DNA from: Squalus acanthias
Lineage: Eukaryota
Reading direction: 5' to 3'
Assembly: GCA_030390025.1 (NCBI GenBank)
Contig: CM059443.1
Coordinates: 4,588,001 to 4,652,000 of the forward strand
Length of the DNA: 64,000 bases
Shown: piece after piece, positions 1 through 14,715 of the stretch
Layout: each line of letters begins with the position of its first letter
Numbering within the stretch: position 1 is the first letter of the stretch
Notes under the pieces: model-generated
What the model was told of the DNA's origin: nothing
What the model saw: only the letters and a program-made list of their open reading frames with translations
Database searches by the model: none
Position numbers and translations under genes: made by a program

Positions 1-805
1 AGCTGATTGTCCAAGAACAGTGTGCTGTTTTTATAAAACACTACAATTGGAATTTACCATCAGGAGAGTTGCATGGAGTATTTGGTTCAGTTAGTATCTT
101 AATCATGCAAATTGGCCAATTCAGTGAAGGAATCTTGTGTCTTCTACCATTGTGCATCACGACCACCACTAGAGGGTCTTGTGGTGGTACTGACCAATTA
201 GCAACCAAAGATCACAATTACATCTTAAAAGTTATATCATTGGTTGTGGCTGTGCTTGTCAATTTTAGGGAATTAGTCCCACTGTATATCTGGGTGCCTA
301 TTTTTGCCCACTTCCCCCTTGTTCAATGACTTATCTAAGTAATTAAGCAGGTACTTTAAGGGGCAGAGGCAAGGCCTGCTGTGCGCAACTTTGATTACAT
401 TTTGGTCCATTGCGGATTTTGCAAAGATCAATTTATCAAGGGGGAAAAGTATTTGGAAAGTGACTATTACCATCATTCAGGTAGATTTGTATTACATTAG
501 ACCTATATTTAAAAAAAAAAATCCCATTCACTCATCTTGGAAAGCCACAGTAGTTAAGAGATATATACTGATTTCCTAGTACCAATTTAATTTTTATCAC
601 AACACAAAATGTTTAATGGAATAATTAATTAGAGTGGCTATCCTTTGTTTTAGAATGATTTATTAGTCCATATTGAAATTATAAAACTGAATTGGTGCCA
701 GGATCTAGTGTTGTGATGTCTGCTACTGTTTAATATGCAGGAGTCTCTTATTGGTACAGAATGCTTTGTTGGTGACAATCTGCCTCAGAACAGGTAAAAT
801 AAAGA

Positions 806-1200
806 ATGTAGTTGCATTTATCTAGCACTGTATCATGTCCCAAAGCGCTTTATAAGCAATAGATCACTTCTGAAGTGTAGTTACTCAATATAGATAAGCG
901 AGGCAGCCAATTTGTGCAAAGCAAGGTCCCGCAAATGAATGACAAGATAATCTGTTTTTGGTGGTGATGGTTGAGCGGAATGTTGGCCAGGACAATGGAG
1001 AGCTCCCTTCTCTTCAAATCTTTTTTATGTCCACGAGTACGCAGATAGGAACGGACCGTAATGTATCATCTGATCCGAAAGATTGCACCTCTGGCGATGC
1101 AGCACTTTTGTCAGTATAGCACTGAAGTGTTGCCCTAGGTTAAGTGCTGAGCCCAAAACCTTCTGACTCCGAGGCAAGAGTGCTAACTGAGCCAAACTGG
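806..1200 (-). mobile_element. Decayed Deu-domain SINE (SacSINE1/AmnSINE-like)
   Basis: Reverse-complement similarity to the SINE at 29955-30220 (ttgcatttat...aaagcgcttt...gcagccaatttgtgc...gttggccaggaca); boundaries approximate. Confidence 0.6.
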
Positions 1201-4059
1201 CAGTATCTTTATTTCAGTCAGTGGGGAAAGGAGCACCTCCAGGAGTGAAGCTAGAATGATACCGCAAGTTGTAGTCTATAGGTTTAGACACCTGGAGCCA
1301 TTTGTCAACCTACTTGTAACAAATGGAACCTGAAGTCTTCGAGTTTTGGAATCAAGTTTCAATGCAGGCATGAGGCTGACCCCTGGATGATGTGAATGTA
1401 TGTTGTACCAGATCAAAAATCAGTGAGCACTCCTCATTGGCTTCAGTCGTCGTGCCAGCGTGTTTAGGAGACCAAATTAGTTGAACTTGTGGGAATAAAT
1501 GTTTCATCTCCCCAACCCCACCCGTAGCTAAGAATTTGTTCCCAATGAATGAACAGGAATGGCATGATGGGAGTAAGGCTGTAATAGGTTTCTTTTCAGT
1601 AAGTACTGAAACATTAACATTTTATATCACAGCTAGTTTGAGGTGTTCAAACTTTGACTTTGTGAGTTACAACGGTGCACACCATGGATCTTTGGGGGCT
1701 AAATATAAAGTTTAAATCCGTCTTTCAGTTAACTTGTGTATATCTGAAGTTGCTGATACTAACAGATCTTGGTGTTCGGATTAAGGATTTATCTAATATT
1801 GAGGCAACAGTGCTAAAAAGAGCCCTTTTCAAACCTTCAGGACTACAATCTGGAAGCATGCCAATCAGCAGAATTTAGGACTGAGTTGGTTGTGTTTTGT
1901 AGGTTGGATTGATGGGGCTTGTGGGCTGCATTTGGCCTACGGTCTATAATTTGGACACTTTCCTGAGTCTGCACTCCTAAAGTACTGCATTGGAAAAGGT
2001 AGGATAAGGCACTTGAATGAGGCAAGAAGAGCCCAACCAAAGTCCAAATTGGCATTTTCTAATAAATTGGATCTAGTTCAGGGTTTTAAAAGTGTGGCTC
2101 ATCTGGAAACTGGCCACTAAAGTCTAGACAACTTGATTTTATTTGAAACAAAAACAGAAAATGCTGGAAGCATAGAACCAGATCTGTAGAGAACAGACAG
2201 TTGACGCTTTGGGTTCATACTTCTTTGCTGGTTGACCAGATCGTAAAGGGCAGTTATCACTGTTGCCTCATTGATGGATAAATGAGACATTTAAGAATGA
2301 AACACGATTGTGGCCCAGTAGATTCGTATCATGTGGCCCGGAGGCTAAGTGTGAATGTTGGTGTCAAAGGGAACAGGGTCGCTAAGGTGTGATGTTACAT
2401 TCTATGGGTCATAATTTGAAGAAGTGGACACATGCATTCCCCCATATATTGAAGTGGGAAAATGCAGTCCTTTTGTTGAAGAGCAATCTTTTCATCTTTG
2501 CTGCTGGGTTGCGTATAAGCCTTTGGCAGTGAGCTGACCACATGCCCTGACCTCATTAATCTGAAATTGGGCTCATTTGTTTTTAAGCATGGCAGGAATG
2601 ATTGGATCTGACAGCTCTCTGACTCCTAATGAATAATCTAATTTAAAAAAAAGAGATTTTGTTTTAAGCCAAGTTCAGCATAGTTCAACTTTCTGGTGTT
2701 TACACTTTCTAGTAACAGAATAATATCCAGAATCCAGACATGTTATGGTGGACGAACCACATCATCTGTCTGGATGACCTGCAACAAAGATGTGCCCAAA
2801 ACCGGCATAACATCACGTGTGTTTTATATTTCAACAAGAAAATGAAATGAAACGCACATTAGGAAAATGATTTTATTTTAAAAATCATCGCTCTGCATTG
2901 TATGTCATCTGTATAGGAGTGATTTGTATTAGGGTATTTAGGAACCTTGCTGTACAGATTGTTTTTATAAGAAGTTACTGTTTTTATGTCCAGTTTTCAC
3001 TAAAAATGCACAAAATTGCTGTACAGTCCAGTGGAAAAACAGCAGGCCTGAAGTATGTAGACTGGAATAAATACTCTTTGAAATAATGCTCAGGCTCCTT
3101 TTTAATGACCTTTACTTGGCCTGTATTCTCCATTTTGATTGCCTTTATTCTGCACCCAGATCTGACAGTTGGCCTAAGCACATTGAAAACCCATTTCATG
3201 GAACACTGGAGTTGTACTCCCGATGGGGCCTAGCCCAAGTGTGGTAGGATGGCCTTCTGGAGAGGGGTCACGCTCTGCTCGGCTTTAACCGGTTCTGGAG
3301 TCAGATCATGACCTGGCTGCAGTGTTATGCTGCCGCTTTAGTGTTGCATACCCAAAAGCGCTGCACGTAGTTGTCGGGATAACTGCAGCCGTTAACCAAG
3401 GAATTGCTACAGTAGGTATTGTAACTGATACCTGAAACAAGTCACACAGCACTAGCCTGGAGACTCTAATTGGTACACAAACTACATGTTGAAAAATGTG
3501 GGAGAAAATCTACATTGGTTACTTTGAGTTTGTATCCCATTATTGTATATACATGTGTCAAGAGGATGTAAAATTTAGAAGCATGAATATTAGGCCTTGT
3601 GCAAAGCAGGCAAACGACATTCTGTGACCATGCTCGATCTGACTTTTGATCAGCTTGTATGAGGCAGTTTTGCAAGTCCTGCACTGGTTCCTTGTGCCCA
3701 AAGCATTAAATTTAAAATCCTCGTGCTTCTCTTCAGATCCCTCTATGGCCTAACCTCATCCTGTCTCCAACACCTCTCCAGGTGTGCCTCCTCCCTCACA
3801 CTATGACCTATTTTGTGCAATCTCCCTTCCTGCTGTCCCACAATTGGCAGCAGAGCTTTCAGCTACTTTGGGCCTGCTTACTTTCTGGACTTTTCTGCCC
3901 AAACCTCTGTTTCTTCATCCTCTCCATTTTTAAAAAAAAACTTCTCAAAACTCATCTTTTTGACTAAGCTTTTGGTCACCTCTCCTAATTCTAGCACCAT
4001 GGTTCAGGATGTTTTGTCCATTAATGCCACTTTAAAAGGTGTTGGGGATCACCAAATCA

Positions 4060-6710
4060 TACCTTGGTCTGTCCCCCTACTCCTCTGGCACTTTCTCCTC
4101 CTTTGAGCATCTCACCTAATTCCACCCCTCTCACCTCTCATTTAAAATTCTCGTTCCCTACTGCCCACCCAAGTACCATAGAAATTATATTACCGAGATA
4201 TCCTCGCTGCTTTCCTCCCTCAGCCTCTGCACCAAACGACTTCTCATCCTCAGTGATTTCAACCTCCATCCCAATTCATGCTCTCTCTCCTCTGAGTTCA
4301 CTATCCTCCCTTAATCTCTCCCTCCATGTAAACTCCCCAACCCATATTCACAGCCACCCCCTCGACCTTGCTATCTCTTGTGGCCTATCTACTGCCATCG
4401 TGTCAATTGCAGATAAGGCCATCTCTGACCACTTCCTTGAATCGCTCTCCACCCACATTCCCCTTCCACCCCCACCCCTGCCGCCCAACCCTACTTCCTT
4501 CTGTGTCCGCCTCTGGAATAAACTCTCTTATTCCAATGAAATCCCAATTGCCCAGCCTTTGGCCCTCCCTTCACCACGACATTTCTGCAGCTACCAATCT
4601 GCTCAACCACACCCTCACCACCACCTTTGATGCCCTAGTCCCTATTAAAACAATTACTCTTTCTCACCCTGGCCGTTCCCCCTGGTACAGCCCTCATCTT
4701 TGTTCCCTTAAGTCCAAGGGACACAGACTTGAACGGATATGGACCACTGGTATAGCCATTCACCGCCAGATCTGGCTGGACCACATAAAGTATTATCGGG
4801 TGCTGCTCTTGTCTGCCAAAACTGCTCACTATTCCAGAATCATTCTGGAATGCAAAGATAAACCCCAGCTTCTATTCTCCACTGCTAACCATCTTCTTAA
4901 ACCCCTCACCCCTGTCTCCTCCACCCTCACCTCTGACAACAAGTGTGAGGAGCTCATGGACTTCTTTGTCTCTTAAGATTGAAGCCATCCGTTCAGTTGC
5001 CTCTGCCACTTCCTTTCCTTCCCCTAATCCACCGGGCCAAACTTCCTCTAAGGTTCCCCCCCACTGCCCTAGCCCTGAACTCTCATCTTTCTCCAGTTTC
5101 TCTCCAATCTCCCCTCATGACCTCTCCGCGCTCATCTTGTCCATGAGTCCCACTTCCTGCTCCCTTGACCCTATTCCCACCAAACTGCTGACTACACAAC
5201 TTCCTTTTCTGGCTCCCATGTTAGCTGACATTGCTAACGGTTCTCTCTCCTCAGTTACTGTCCCCCTCTCCCTCAAATCTGCCGTCATCACCCCTCTCCT
5301 CAAAACAACAACCCTTGACCCCTCCGTCCTTGCAAACTTCCGCCCCATCTCCAACCTCCCTTTCCTCTCCTTCCAAATCTGCCCATCTTTCCCGCAACTC
5401 CATGTTTGAATCCCTCCAATCAGGTTTCCGCCCTTGCCACAGTACCGAAACAGCTCTCATCAAAGTCACAAATGGCATCCTTTGTGACTGTGACAAAGGT
5501 AAACTATCCCTCCTCGTCCTTGACTTGTCTGCAGCCTTTGACACGGTTAACCACTCCATCCTTCTCCACCGTCATCGAGCTGGGTGGGACTGCACTCGCC
5601 TGGTTCCATTCTTATCTATCTAATCGTAGCCAGAGAATCACCTCCAACGGCTTCTCTTCCCGCTCCCACATCATTACCTCTGGTGTCCCCCAAGGATCTA
5701 TCCTTGGCCCCCCTCCTATTTCTCATCTTCATGTTGCCCCTTGGCGACATCATCCGAAAACACAGCGTCAGTTTCCACATGTACGCCGACGACACCCAGC
5801 TCTACCTCACTACCATTTTTCTCGACCCCTCCATGGTCTCTAAATTGTCAGATAGCTTGTCCGACATCCAGTTCTGGATGAGCAGAAATTTGCTCCAATT
5901 AAATATTGGGATGACCGAAGCCATTGTTTGCGGTCCCCGCCACAAACTCTGTTCCCTAGCCACTGACTCCATCCCTCTCTCTAACATCTGTCTGAGGCTG
6001 AACTACACTGTTCGCAACCTTGGTGTCACATTTGACTCTGAAATGAGCTTCCAACCACACATCCGCAGCGTAACAAAGACCGCCTATTTCCACCTCCGTA
6101 ACATCACCCATCTCCACCCTTGCCTTAGCTCAACCATGCCTTTGTTACCTCTAGACTAGACTATTCCAACGCACTCCTGACTGGCCTCCCACATTCTACC
6201 CTATGTAAACTTAAGGTGATCTAAAACTCGGCTGCTCATGTCCGAACTTGCACCAAGTCCCATTCACCCATCACCCCTCTGCTCGCTGACCTACATTGGC
6301 TCCCGGTTAAGCAACGCCTTGATTTTAAAATTCTCATCCTTGTTTTCAAATCCCTCCATGGCCTCGCTCCTCTCTATTTATTTCTGTAATCTTCTTCAAC
6401 CCCACAACCCCCGCGATATCTGCGCTCCTCTAATTCGACCTTCTTGAGCATCCCTGATTATAATTGCTCAACCATTGGTGGCCATGCCTTCCGGTGCCTG
6501 GACCCTAAGCTCTGGAATTCCCTGCCTAAACCTCTCCGCCTCTCTACCTTTCTTTCCTTCTTTAAGACGCTCTTTAAAACCTACCTCTTGTCACCTGCCC
6601 TAATTTCTCCTTATGTGGCTCGGTCAAATTTTTTATCTTATAATACTCCTGTGAAGCGCCTTGGGATGTTTTACTACGTTAAAGGCGCTATATAAATACA
6701 AGTTGTTGCT
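4060..6710 (+). mobile_element. L2-clade LINE, fragmented ORF2 (endonuclease-RT), 5' truncated
   Basis: Frameshifted ORFs with [65 protein letters not shown]; 3' tail aaggcgctatataaatacaagttgttg. Confidence 0.9.
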
Positions 6711-8802
6711 GACAGGTGAGGTACCACTCTATCTTCTGATATGCACTGCCGGTACTGAGCCGGGGACCCCTCTCAGCAGCACGGGCTCATAAAATTACCC
6801 CTGTAGACTTGTACTTCAGACTCCAGATGCTCATTTCCATTAACTTTCTGGAACTGTTGGGGAGTGTGAAGGCAGAAACTGTAGAAAGGAAGCTAACACT
6901 ACTCCTGAGTAACTGCCAAACTAATCTCACAGTTAGGTCATGTAGAGTAAGTTTATAAAAAAAAAAAAAATTCTTTGCACTGTTTTCCCTGCCTCTTCTG
7001 CTAAAAGCTCTTTGATGGGATATGGGCACCAAACGCTGTCCACTGTTTCACTCAAATGGCCATCCTTCATGCATGAGCCCTTGGCATTGAGTGTCAGGGG
7101 CATCGTGATGAGCCTGATGTTCACACGTACATAACTTCCAACAGGAATTGCTAGGCATTGATCATTCCTAACCCAGGTATTCTAAACCCCATATCGGCAC
7201 CTGAGCTAACTCGGCACGTAGCAGGGATTGAACCTTGTACTTTCCTGGTCTCTGGGGCGGCTACTCACTGAATAAAGATAACCAAATCTTTGGGGATTCC
7301 TATTTTTTTAGTTGACAAGCTAAAAATGAGATCTGTGCTGTCCAAAAGGATGTAATGCCAGTTTTCAGCTGATTCAGAGTCAGGCCCTCTGTGTAAATTG
7401 ATTTAATGTAGAACAGAGGGAGCCCATTGCTTCGACTTGACTCGCTTGCCTATCTACAGGTCATGGCTCATGGGTTTCAGTTCCAAAACTCTGGTGCTTT
7501 CATACATTAATATTGAAGTTTCTACATGGTCAGGTGGTTATTTTGACATGTCTTGTCCCACTACATGCACTGTTGACCAAGCAGAAAATGACAGTAAACG
7601 TAGAGTTTCATTCAAATTGCCCTGTAATCCTCAGTATTGTAAAGGGAGATTCATGATGGTGTGTCTCAGCTTTCCTTTTATTGTCGCAAGTGGAAACTAA
7701 ACTTCAAGGGGAAATTGTCCTCCTGCTTAGTGTACCTTTTAAATGCTAAAATTAGATTAAAGTTGATTGGAAAACAATGTAGGGCATGAAATTTGATCCT
7801 AGACCAAAACTTCTGTGGTTCCAGCAGCCACTTATGTGCTCAAATTGAAGATTTCCAAGAACCTTGATTTAAGTCCTGCATCAGCATGTGGAACAATTGG
7901 TTATTGATGGGCCGGCTCTGTAACTTCATTGTTACAAATAAACAAAGACTATAGTCCACCAACATCGTGCAGCCACCTACACCATTATTCCCTACCCCCC
8001 ATTCAGGCAATCTCATGGGAGAGGCGAAAAAGAAGTTTAGGCCAATCTAGGAAAGACTTTGGCAAATCCCGAAGGCAATCTAACAGCTCTAGGAGACTGC
8101 ATTAACCCATAAATCCTATTCCCAGCTAACCCTGTTTATCACTTAAAAACCCCCCACCTCTGTCTTTCCTTGGAACTTTCACAGCTCCCCTTTGAAAGAC
8201 TGTAGGGAATCCAGACTTGCCACAAGCTGCAGTAATTTTCCAGAGGGCAAAACCACTGAAAATAAACACTTCCTAACATCTAACCTAACTCTGCTTAAGG
8301 ATTGTTCTTTGCCTATTTCCTATGCCGACCATCCTATCCCCCTCAAATAACCTATCTAACTGGACAGGATCTAATCCCTTTGGTTATTTAAAAAGAAAAC
8401 TCTCTCCTGTGCTGCTGCTGCATTACCTGTCATTGTGGTTGTAATGATGCTATTTTTATACTTGTTTAAATTAGAATTACGGCATTTACACTGCCAAATC
8501 CAGTTCCCAGAACTCAGAGGCTCATGCCGGAGTCTGCTGCCGGGAATCACATTTAGCCGTGTGAACACCAGGAGCCAACTCACAGATATCAGTCTCCTTG
8601 AATCTGAACTGAAATATGCAGCAGCAAAATATGTTTTTTTTATCCCTCCTGCAATTCTTTTGCACGCCTGATATACAAGAGGGTAGAACTACAGCCTCAT
8701 CCTGTCGATTCTTTGTGAGCTGGATAGTAAATGCCCCCAGTGGATTCTACTGTTGGAGGACTTACAGCTGAACCTGAAGTGTTCACTTGATATCCTGAAC
8801 GC

Positions 8803-10713
8803 ACACTCGCACCCCCCACGCACTCACACTCACCCCCCCACTCACACACACACCCCCAATACACCCCCCCCCCACTCACACCCCACTCACCCCCCCCACT
8901 CACACCCCCCACTCACACCCCACTCACCCCCCCCACTCACACCCCACTCACCCCCCCCACTCACACCCCACTCACACCCCACTCACCCCCCCCACTCACA
9001 CCCCACTCACCCCCCCCCACTCACCCCCCCCACTCACACCCCACTCACACACCCCCACTCACCCCCCCCACTCACACCCCACTCACCCCCCCCACTCACT
9101 ACCCCACTCACCCCCCCACTCACACCCCCCACTCACACCCCACTCACCCCCCCCACTCACCCCACTCACACCCCCCACTCACACCCCACTCACCCCCCCC
9201 ACTCACACCCCACTCACCCCCCCCACTCACACCCCACTCACCCCCCCCCACTCACCCCCCCCACTCACACCCCACTCACACACCCCCACTCACCCCCCCC
9301 ACTCACACCCCCCACTCACACCCCACTCACCCCCCCCACTCACACCCCACTCACCCCCCCCACTCACACCCCCCACTCACACCCCACTCACCCCCCCCAC
9401 TCACCCCACTCACCCCCCCCCACTCACCCCCCACTCCCCCCCCACTCACCCCCCACTCCCCCCCCCCACTCACACCCCACTCACCCCCCCACTCACACCC
9501 CACTCACCCCCCCACTCACACCCCACTCACCCCCGCACTCACACCCCACTCACACCCCACTCACTCCCCCCACTCACACCCCACTCACACCCCACTCACC
9601 CCCCCCCCACTCACACCCCACTCACACCCCACTCACACACCCCACTCACCCCCTCACCCCCCCCACTCACACCCCACTCACCCCCCCCCACTCACACACC
9701 CCCACTCTCACCCCCCCACTCACCCCCCCAACCTCCCCACCTCACCCCCCACCCCAACTCACCCCCCACCCCAACTCACCCCCCCACTCACCCCCCCCAA
9801 CTCACCCCACTCACCCCCCCCCACTCACTCCCCCCCCACTCACTCCCCCCCCCCACTCACTCCCCCCACTCACTCCCTCACTCCCCCACTCACTCCCCCC
9901 TCACTCCCCCCACTCACTCCCCCCCACCAACCCCCCCACCCCACCCTCACCCACCCCACCCACTCACTCCCCCCCCACTCCCCCACTCACTCCCCCACCC
10001 CCCACTCACTCCCCCACCCCCCCTCTCACTCCCCCACCCCCCCCTCTCACTCCCCCAACCCCCCCACTCACTACCCCCCCACTCACTCACACCCCACTCA
10101 CTCACACCCCCCCACTCACTCACAACCCCCCCACTCACTCACCCCCCCACTCACTCTCCCCCCCCACCCCCCCCACTCACCCCACTCACTCCCCCACCCC
10201 CCCACTCACTCCCCCCCACTCACTCACTCCCCCCCACTCACTCACTCCCCCCCACTCACTCCCCCACCCTCCCCACTCACTCACCCCCCCCACTCACTCT
10301 CCCCCCACTCACTCTCCCCCCCCCACTCACTCCCCCCTCCCCCCCCTCACTCCCCCCCACTCACTCTCTCCCCCCCCCACTCACTCCCCCCCCTCACTTC
10401 CCCCCCCACTCACTCCCCCCCACTCACTCCCCCTCCCACTCACTCCCCCCCACTCACTCCCCCCCCACTCACTCCCCCCCCACTCACTCCCCCCCCACTC
10501 ACTCACACCCCCCCACTCACTCCCCCTCCCACTCACTCCCCCCCCTCCCCCTCCCACTCACTCCCCCCCCACTCACTCCCCCCCCCACTCACTTCCCCCC
10601 CCCACTCACTTCCCCCCCCCACTCACTTCCCCCCCCACTCACTCCCCCCCCCACTCACTCCCCCCCCCCACTCACTTCCCCCCCCCACTCACTCACTCCC
10701 CCCCCCCCCCCCC
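8803..10713 (+). repeat. ~1.9 kb C-rich low-complexity tandem repeat (ACTCAC[A/T]CCCCn)
   Basis: Directly visible; almost no G on the + strand; accounts for the P/T/H-rich part of the 760-aa ORF. Confidence 0.95.
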
Positions 10714-11690
10714 CTGGAGGAAGGTATACAGTGGTGTTCCCCAGGGGTCGGTACTGGGAGCACTGTTTTTCTTGATATATATTAATGACTTGGACTTGGG
10801 TGTACAGGGCACAATTTCAAAATTTGCAGATGACACAAAACTTGGAAGTATAGTGAACAGTGAGGAGGATAGTGATAGACTTCAGGAGGACGTGGACAGG
10901 CTGGTGGAATGGGCGGACACATGGAGGATGAAATTTAATGCAGAAAAGTGCGAAGTGATACATTTTGGTAGGAAATATAAACTAAATGGTACAATTCTAA
11001 AGGGGGTGCATGAACAGAGAGACCTGGGGGTATAGGTGCACAAATCATTGAAGGTGGCAGGGCAGGTTGAGAACGTTTAAAAAAGCTTACGGGATCCTGG
11101 GCTTCATAAATAGAGGCACAGAGTACAAAAGCAAGGAAGTTATGATGAACCTTTATAAAACACTGGTTCAGCCTCAGCTGGAGTATTGTGTCCAATTCTG
11201 GGCACCGCACTTTAGGAAGGATGTGAAGGCCTTAGAGAGGGTGCAGAAAAGATTTACAAGAATGGTTCCAGGGATGAGGGACTTCAGAGAAGCTGGCGTT
11301 GTTCCCCTTAGAGCAGAGAAGGTTGAGAGGAGATTTGATAGATGTGTTCAAAATCATGAGGGGTCTGGACGGAGCAGATAGAGAGAAACTGTTCCCATTG
11401 GCGGCAGGGTCGAGAACCAGAGGACACAGATTTAAGGTGATTGACAGAAGAACCAAAGGCGACATGAGGAAAAACTTTCTTACACAGCGAATGATCTGGA
11501 ATGCACTGCCTGAGAGGGTGGTGGTGTCAGATTCAATCGTGGCTTTCAAAAGGGAATTGGATAAGTACCTGAAGGAAAAAAATTTGCAGGGCTACGGGGA
11601 AAGGGCAACGTCGTGGGTCTAGCTGAAGTGCTCTTGCAGAGAGCCGGCACAGGCTTGACCATTGTTGTGCTGTAACCATTCTATGATTTT
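10714..11690 (+). mobile_element. CR1 LINE 3' fragment (RT C-terminus and tail)
   Basis: [39 protein letters not shown] motifs; ends attctatgatt. Confidence 0.92.
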
Positions 11691-12659
11691 CTCCTCCCCA
11701 CCTCTCCCGCCCTCTAGTGAAGGCCTCGTTGTGGTACAGTTTCACAGGTGCTAGATGCCCTCTGAATGGTGTCCCCTTTCCATGCACTCTTGATTGAAAA
11801 CAAGTTCTACTTACAGTGTAGAGAGTCTTAGTTGGGAGTGCAGAGCCTCCTGACATCCCAAATGGGCTCTCTCAAATTACCATGTCCACAGAGGGGAGTT
11901 CTACACAAGAGGTACGCCACCAGGCTACTCCTAGTCAGTGGTTTAAAGCATTGAGGGGTGGTGGGGGGGAGATGAGAGAGATCTGTCTACAAATATCTGC
12001 CTTTAAATTAAGGATTATTGTATTTCAGAATTCAGATCCCCTTGAAGGATTCTCACCGGTATTACACTGTTTAAAAATTAAACCGCTGACAATGCTTCTG
12101 ATTAATATTCTTATGGTTTAATTGTCTATTTTTATTGATTTTTTTGAACATTACTGTATAAATAGTAAGCGCTGATGGCATTATCAGTGGAGCTGGTACA
12201 AAGGATTAACAATCTGATGCTGTGAACCACACTAACAACTCATTTGGAAAAAGCCCGCATGGCTTGATTGAGGACATCTTGTTACAGGTAAGAACATGTT
12301 TTTAATACTTTATTGTGTATTTGTTTGTGTGTGTGTGTGTGCACATCCATCTCCTTGGTGTTCTGGGTGAGTTTGTGTGTGTACAAGTTCCCTCTAACAG
12401 CTGGTGCAGCATGTGTATGTCAGATCTCTCAAGCAAGAGCCCCCTACCCTTTGGTTCAACTGGGAAATACACCACCCAGTGTGATACAAAGCCATGAAGA
12501 CCCAGAAAGGTTCTAGATTTGAGGATCTCAGCTGGGCAAGTAATAATGCCACTAAAATTGGCCTCTGACCCTCGTCTAGAGGGGAGAAAAATCAGACACG
12601 ATTGTCACGTATGACCACTATTCATAACCACTACTGATAAAGTATGTTTATGTGATAGA

Positions 12660-12790
12660 CCAGTGAATTGGGGGAGGGCACCAGTATATGGGGTCTTGGG
12701 GGAGGGCACCAGTCTATGGAGGTCTTGGGGGAGGGCACCAGTATATGGAGGTCTTGGGGGAGGGCACCAGTATATGGGGGCATTGGGGGA
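12660..12790 (+). repeat. 28-29 bp minisatellite, about 4.5 copies
   Basis: gggcaccagtatatggaggtcttggggga; gggcacc recurs at 12676, 12704, 12733, 12762. Confidence 0.85.
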
Positions 12791-12799
12791 AGCCACCAC

Positions 12800-13100
12800 G
12801 CACCAGGGGGTCGGTAACCAGAGGACACAGATTTAATGTAATTGGCAAAAGAACCAGAGGGAAGAGGAGATTTTTTTTTTTACACAGTGAGTTGTTATGA
12901 TCTGGAATGCACTACTCGAGTGGGTGGTCGAAGCAGATTCAATAGTAACTTTCAAAAGAGAATTGGATAAATACTTGAAGGTAAAACAATTTCAGGGCTA
13001 TGGGGAAAGAGCAGGGGCAGTGGGACTAATTGGACAGCTCTTTCAAAGAGCCGGCACAGGCATGATGGGCCGAATGGCCTCCAACTGTGCTGTATGATTT
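12800..13100 (+). mobile_element. CR1 LINE 3' end fragment
   Basis: TRGHRFNVIGKR, IWNAL, FKRELDKYL, QGYGER and CR1 tail. Confidence 0.85.
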
Positions 13101-13578
13101 TATGAAGGGCACTCCATCCGAGCCGAATAAGTCCTCACCTAAGGTCCATAACCATACTGTTCAGCAGATAGCCATTGGGTCAAGAGCCCAGGCGATTTCT
13201 CCTCTCTCAACCCGATGGGTGTTGAGGCCAATTGTAAAGATGGCTGTGGTCAGCTTACTCGGCATAGACGGAGGGGTGAACTTGACACCTTCTGGTCTGT
13301 ATAATATCGCATGTTGCATTTATCAATTGAGGCATTAGTGGGACCTTTCTCAGGCCCATCCCTGGCCTAACAGGCCAGGCAGATGACCCTGTTGCACCAG
13401 GTGGTGCAGGGCAACATCCTGTGCTAACTCAGGCAAGATGGTTTTCCCTCCCTATGAGGAATCACCTGGTGTCTCACCTGACACCACGGCTGAGATAAGG
13501 ATTTCTAGGTTTCAAACTTTGTCACAGTGTTGCATAATCCATTGGAACACCAGCATGTGACACCCTTCCACACATTGT

Positions 13579-13910
13579 AGAATCATACAACACAGGAGGC
13601 CATTCGGTCCATGGTGTCTGTGCCGACTCTTTGAAAGAGCTCACCAATTAGTCCCAATCCCCTGCAAATTTCTCCTTTTCAAGTATATATCCACTTTCCT
13701 TTTTGAAAAATTGGTGGCCGTGCCTTCTGTTGCTTTTGGTCACCTGCCCTAATTTCTCCTTAAGTGACTCGGTGTCAAATTTTTTGTCTTTTAATACTCC
13801 TGTGAAGCGCCTTGGGACATTTTTACTATGTTAAAAGCGCTATATAAATACAAGTTGTTGTTGAAAGTTACTATTGAATCTGCTTCCACCACCTTTTCAG
13901 TCAGTGCATT
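13579..13910 (-). mobile_element. CR1 3' end fragment with a nested L2 3' tail (about 13735-13862, +)
   Basis: tagaatcata...ggccattcgg CR1 tail on the minus strand; the insert matches 6590-6710. Confidence 0.7.
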
Positions 13911-14715
13911 CAACATCGGGTTGAATTTTTTTTAAATGTGGTCTCTCCCTTTTTAAACAATGTTTTCCTTTTCCTCTCCTGAAGGTGCTGGCTCTTCCAC
14001 ATGCGCCAGTTTGCAGTATTTTGGCCAAGTGCTAGTTATTTACGTGTGAGGTAGACAGTGAGTATCAGCAGGCTATTCGCCCATTCCTGCTGAGCCTGAT
14101 CTTGTTCTCAACTGTCTTCCCATTAGCCGTCTGGAGCAGGAGTCCTGGGTGATTTCCACCCCCCACCAAACCCCGCCTAGTTCAGGGGCACTGAGACCAA
14201 GTATAGCACCCAGACTACTATCAGCTAAGTTGATCGAGACCGAGGAACCTTCCTGGCTTGTACAATGGGTCCCACGGCAGACAATGCAGCGACACACCGG
14301 GCCATTGGAGCAGCTTGGGCATGATTATTCAAAGTGACTGACACACTTCAGGCTGAAGCACGAAGAGAAGGAGAATGAATAACGATTTGCATTTACTGGC
14401 AGGTATCGGCTACACAGCAAGCATATCTCTGAAAATAAAGTAGCTGTTACTCTATAACTGAAGACTGTGTGAAAAATAAGAAGCAGCCCACTGCATGGAT
14501 TAATTTTTTCAGCTCCCACCATTTTGGAGGTACTGAATATTCCAAGGCATTGCAGAAAACCACACAAATAATGGAAACTACATGAGAAAATAAATAATAA
14601 GTGTGAAGGACTCTGTTTTGGATCTCTCAATGAACATTTTCTGCTGTGAGCTGAAGTTATGCAGTGCCTCATTGTTGCCACTAGTCAGACAGTACAAACA
14701 TGTAAAGCTTTCATC

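Noticed and set aside
8753-11035. 760-aa Pro/Thr/His-rich ORF (extensin- or mucin-like)
   Set aside because: Stop-free translation of a C-rich simple repeat running into a CR1 RT fragment; no gene structure.
12166-12293. Possible + strand exon ending acag|gtaaga, and other short ORFs in 1-8.7 kb
   Set aside because: No recognisable protein similarity or consistent exon chain; cannot be supported without transcript data.
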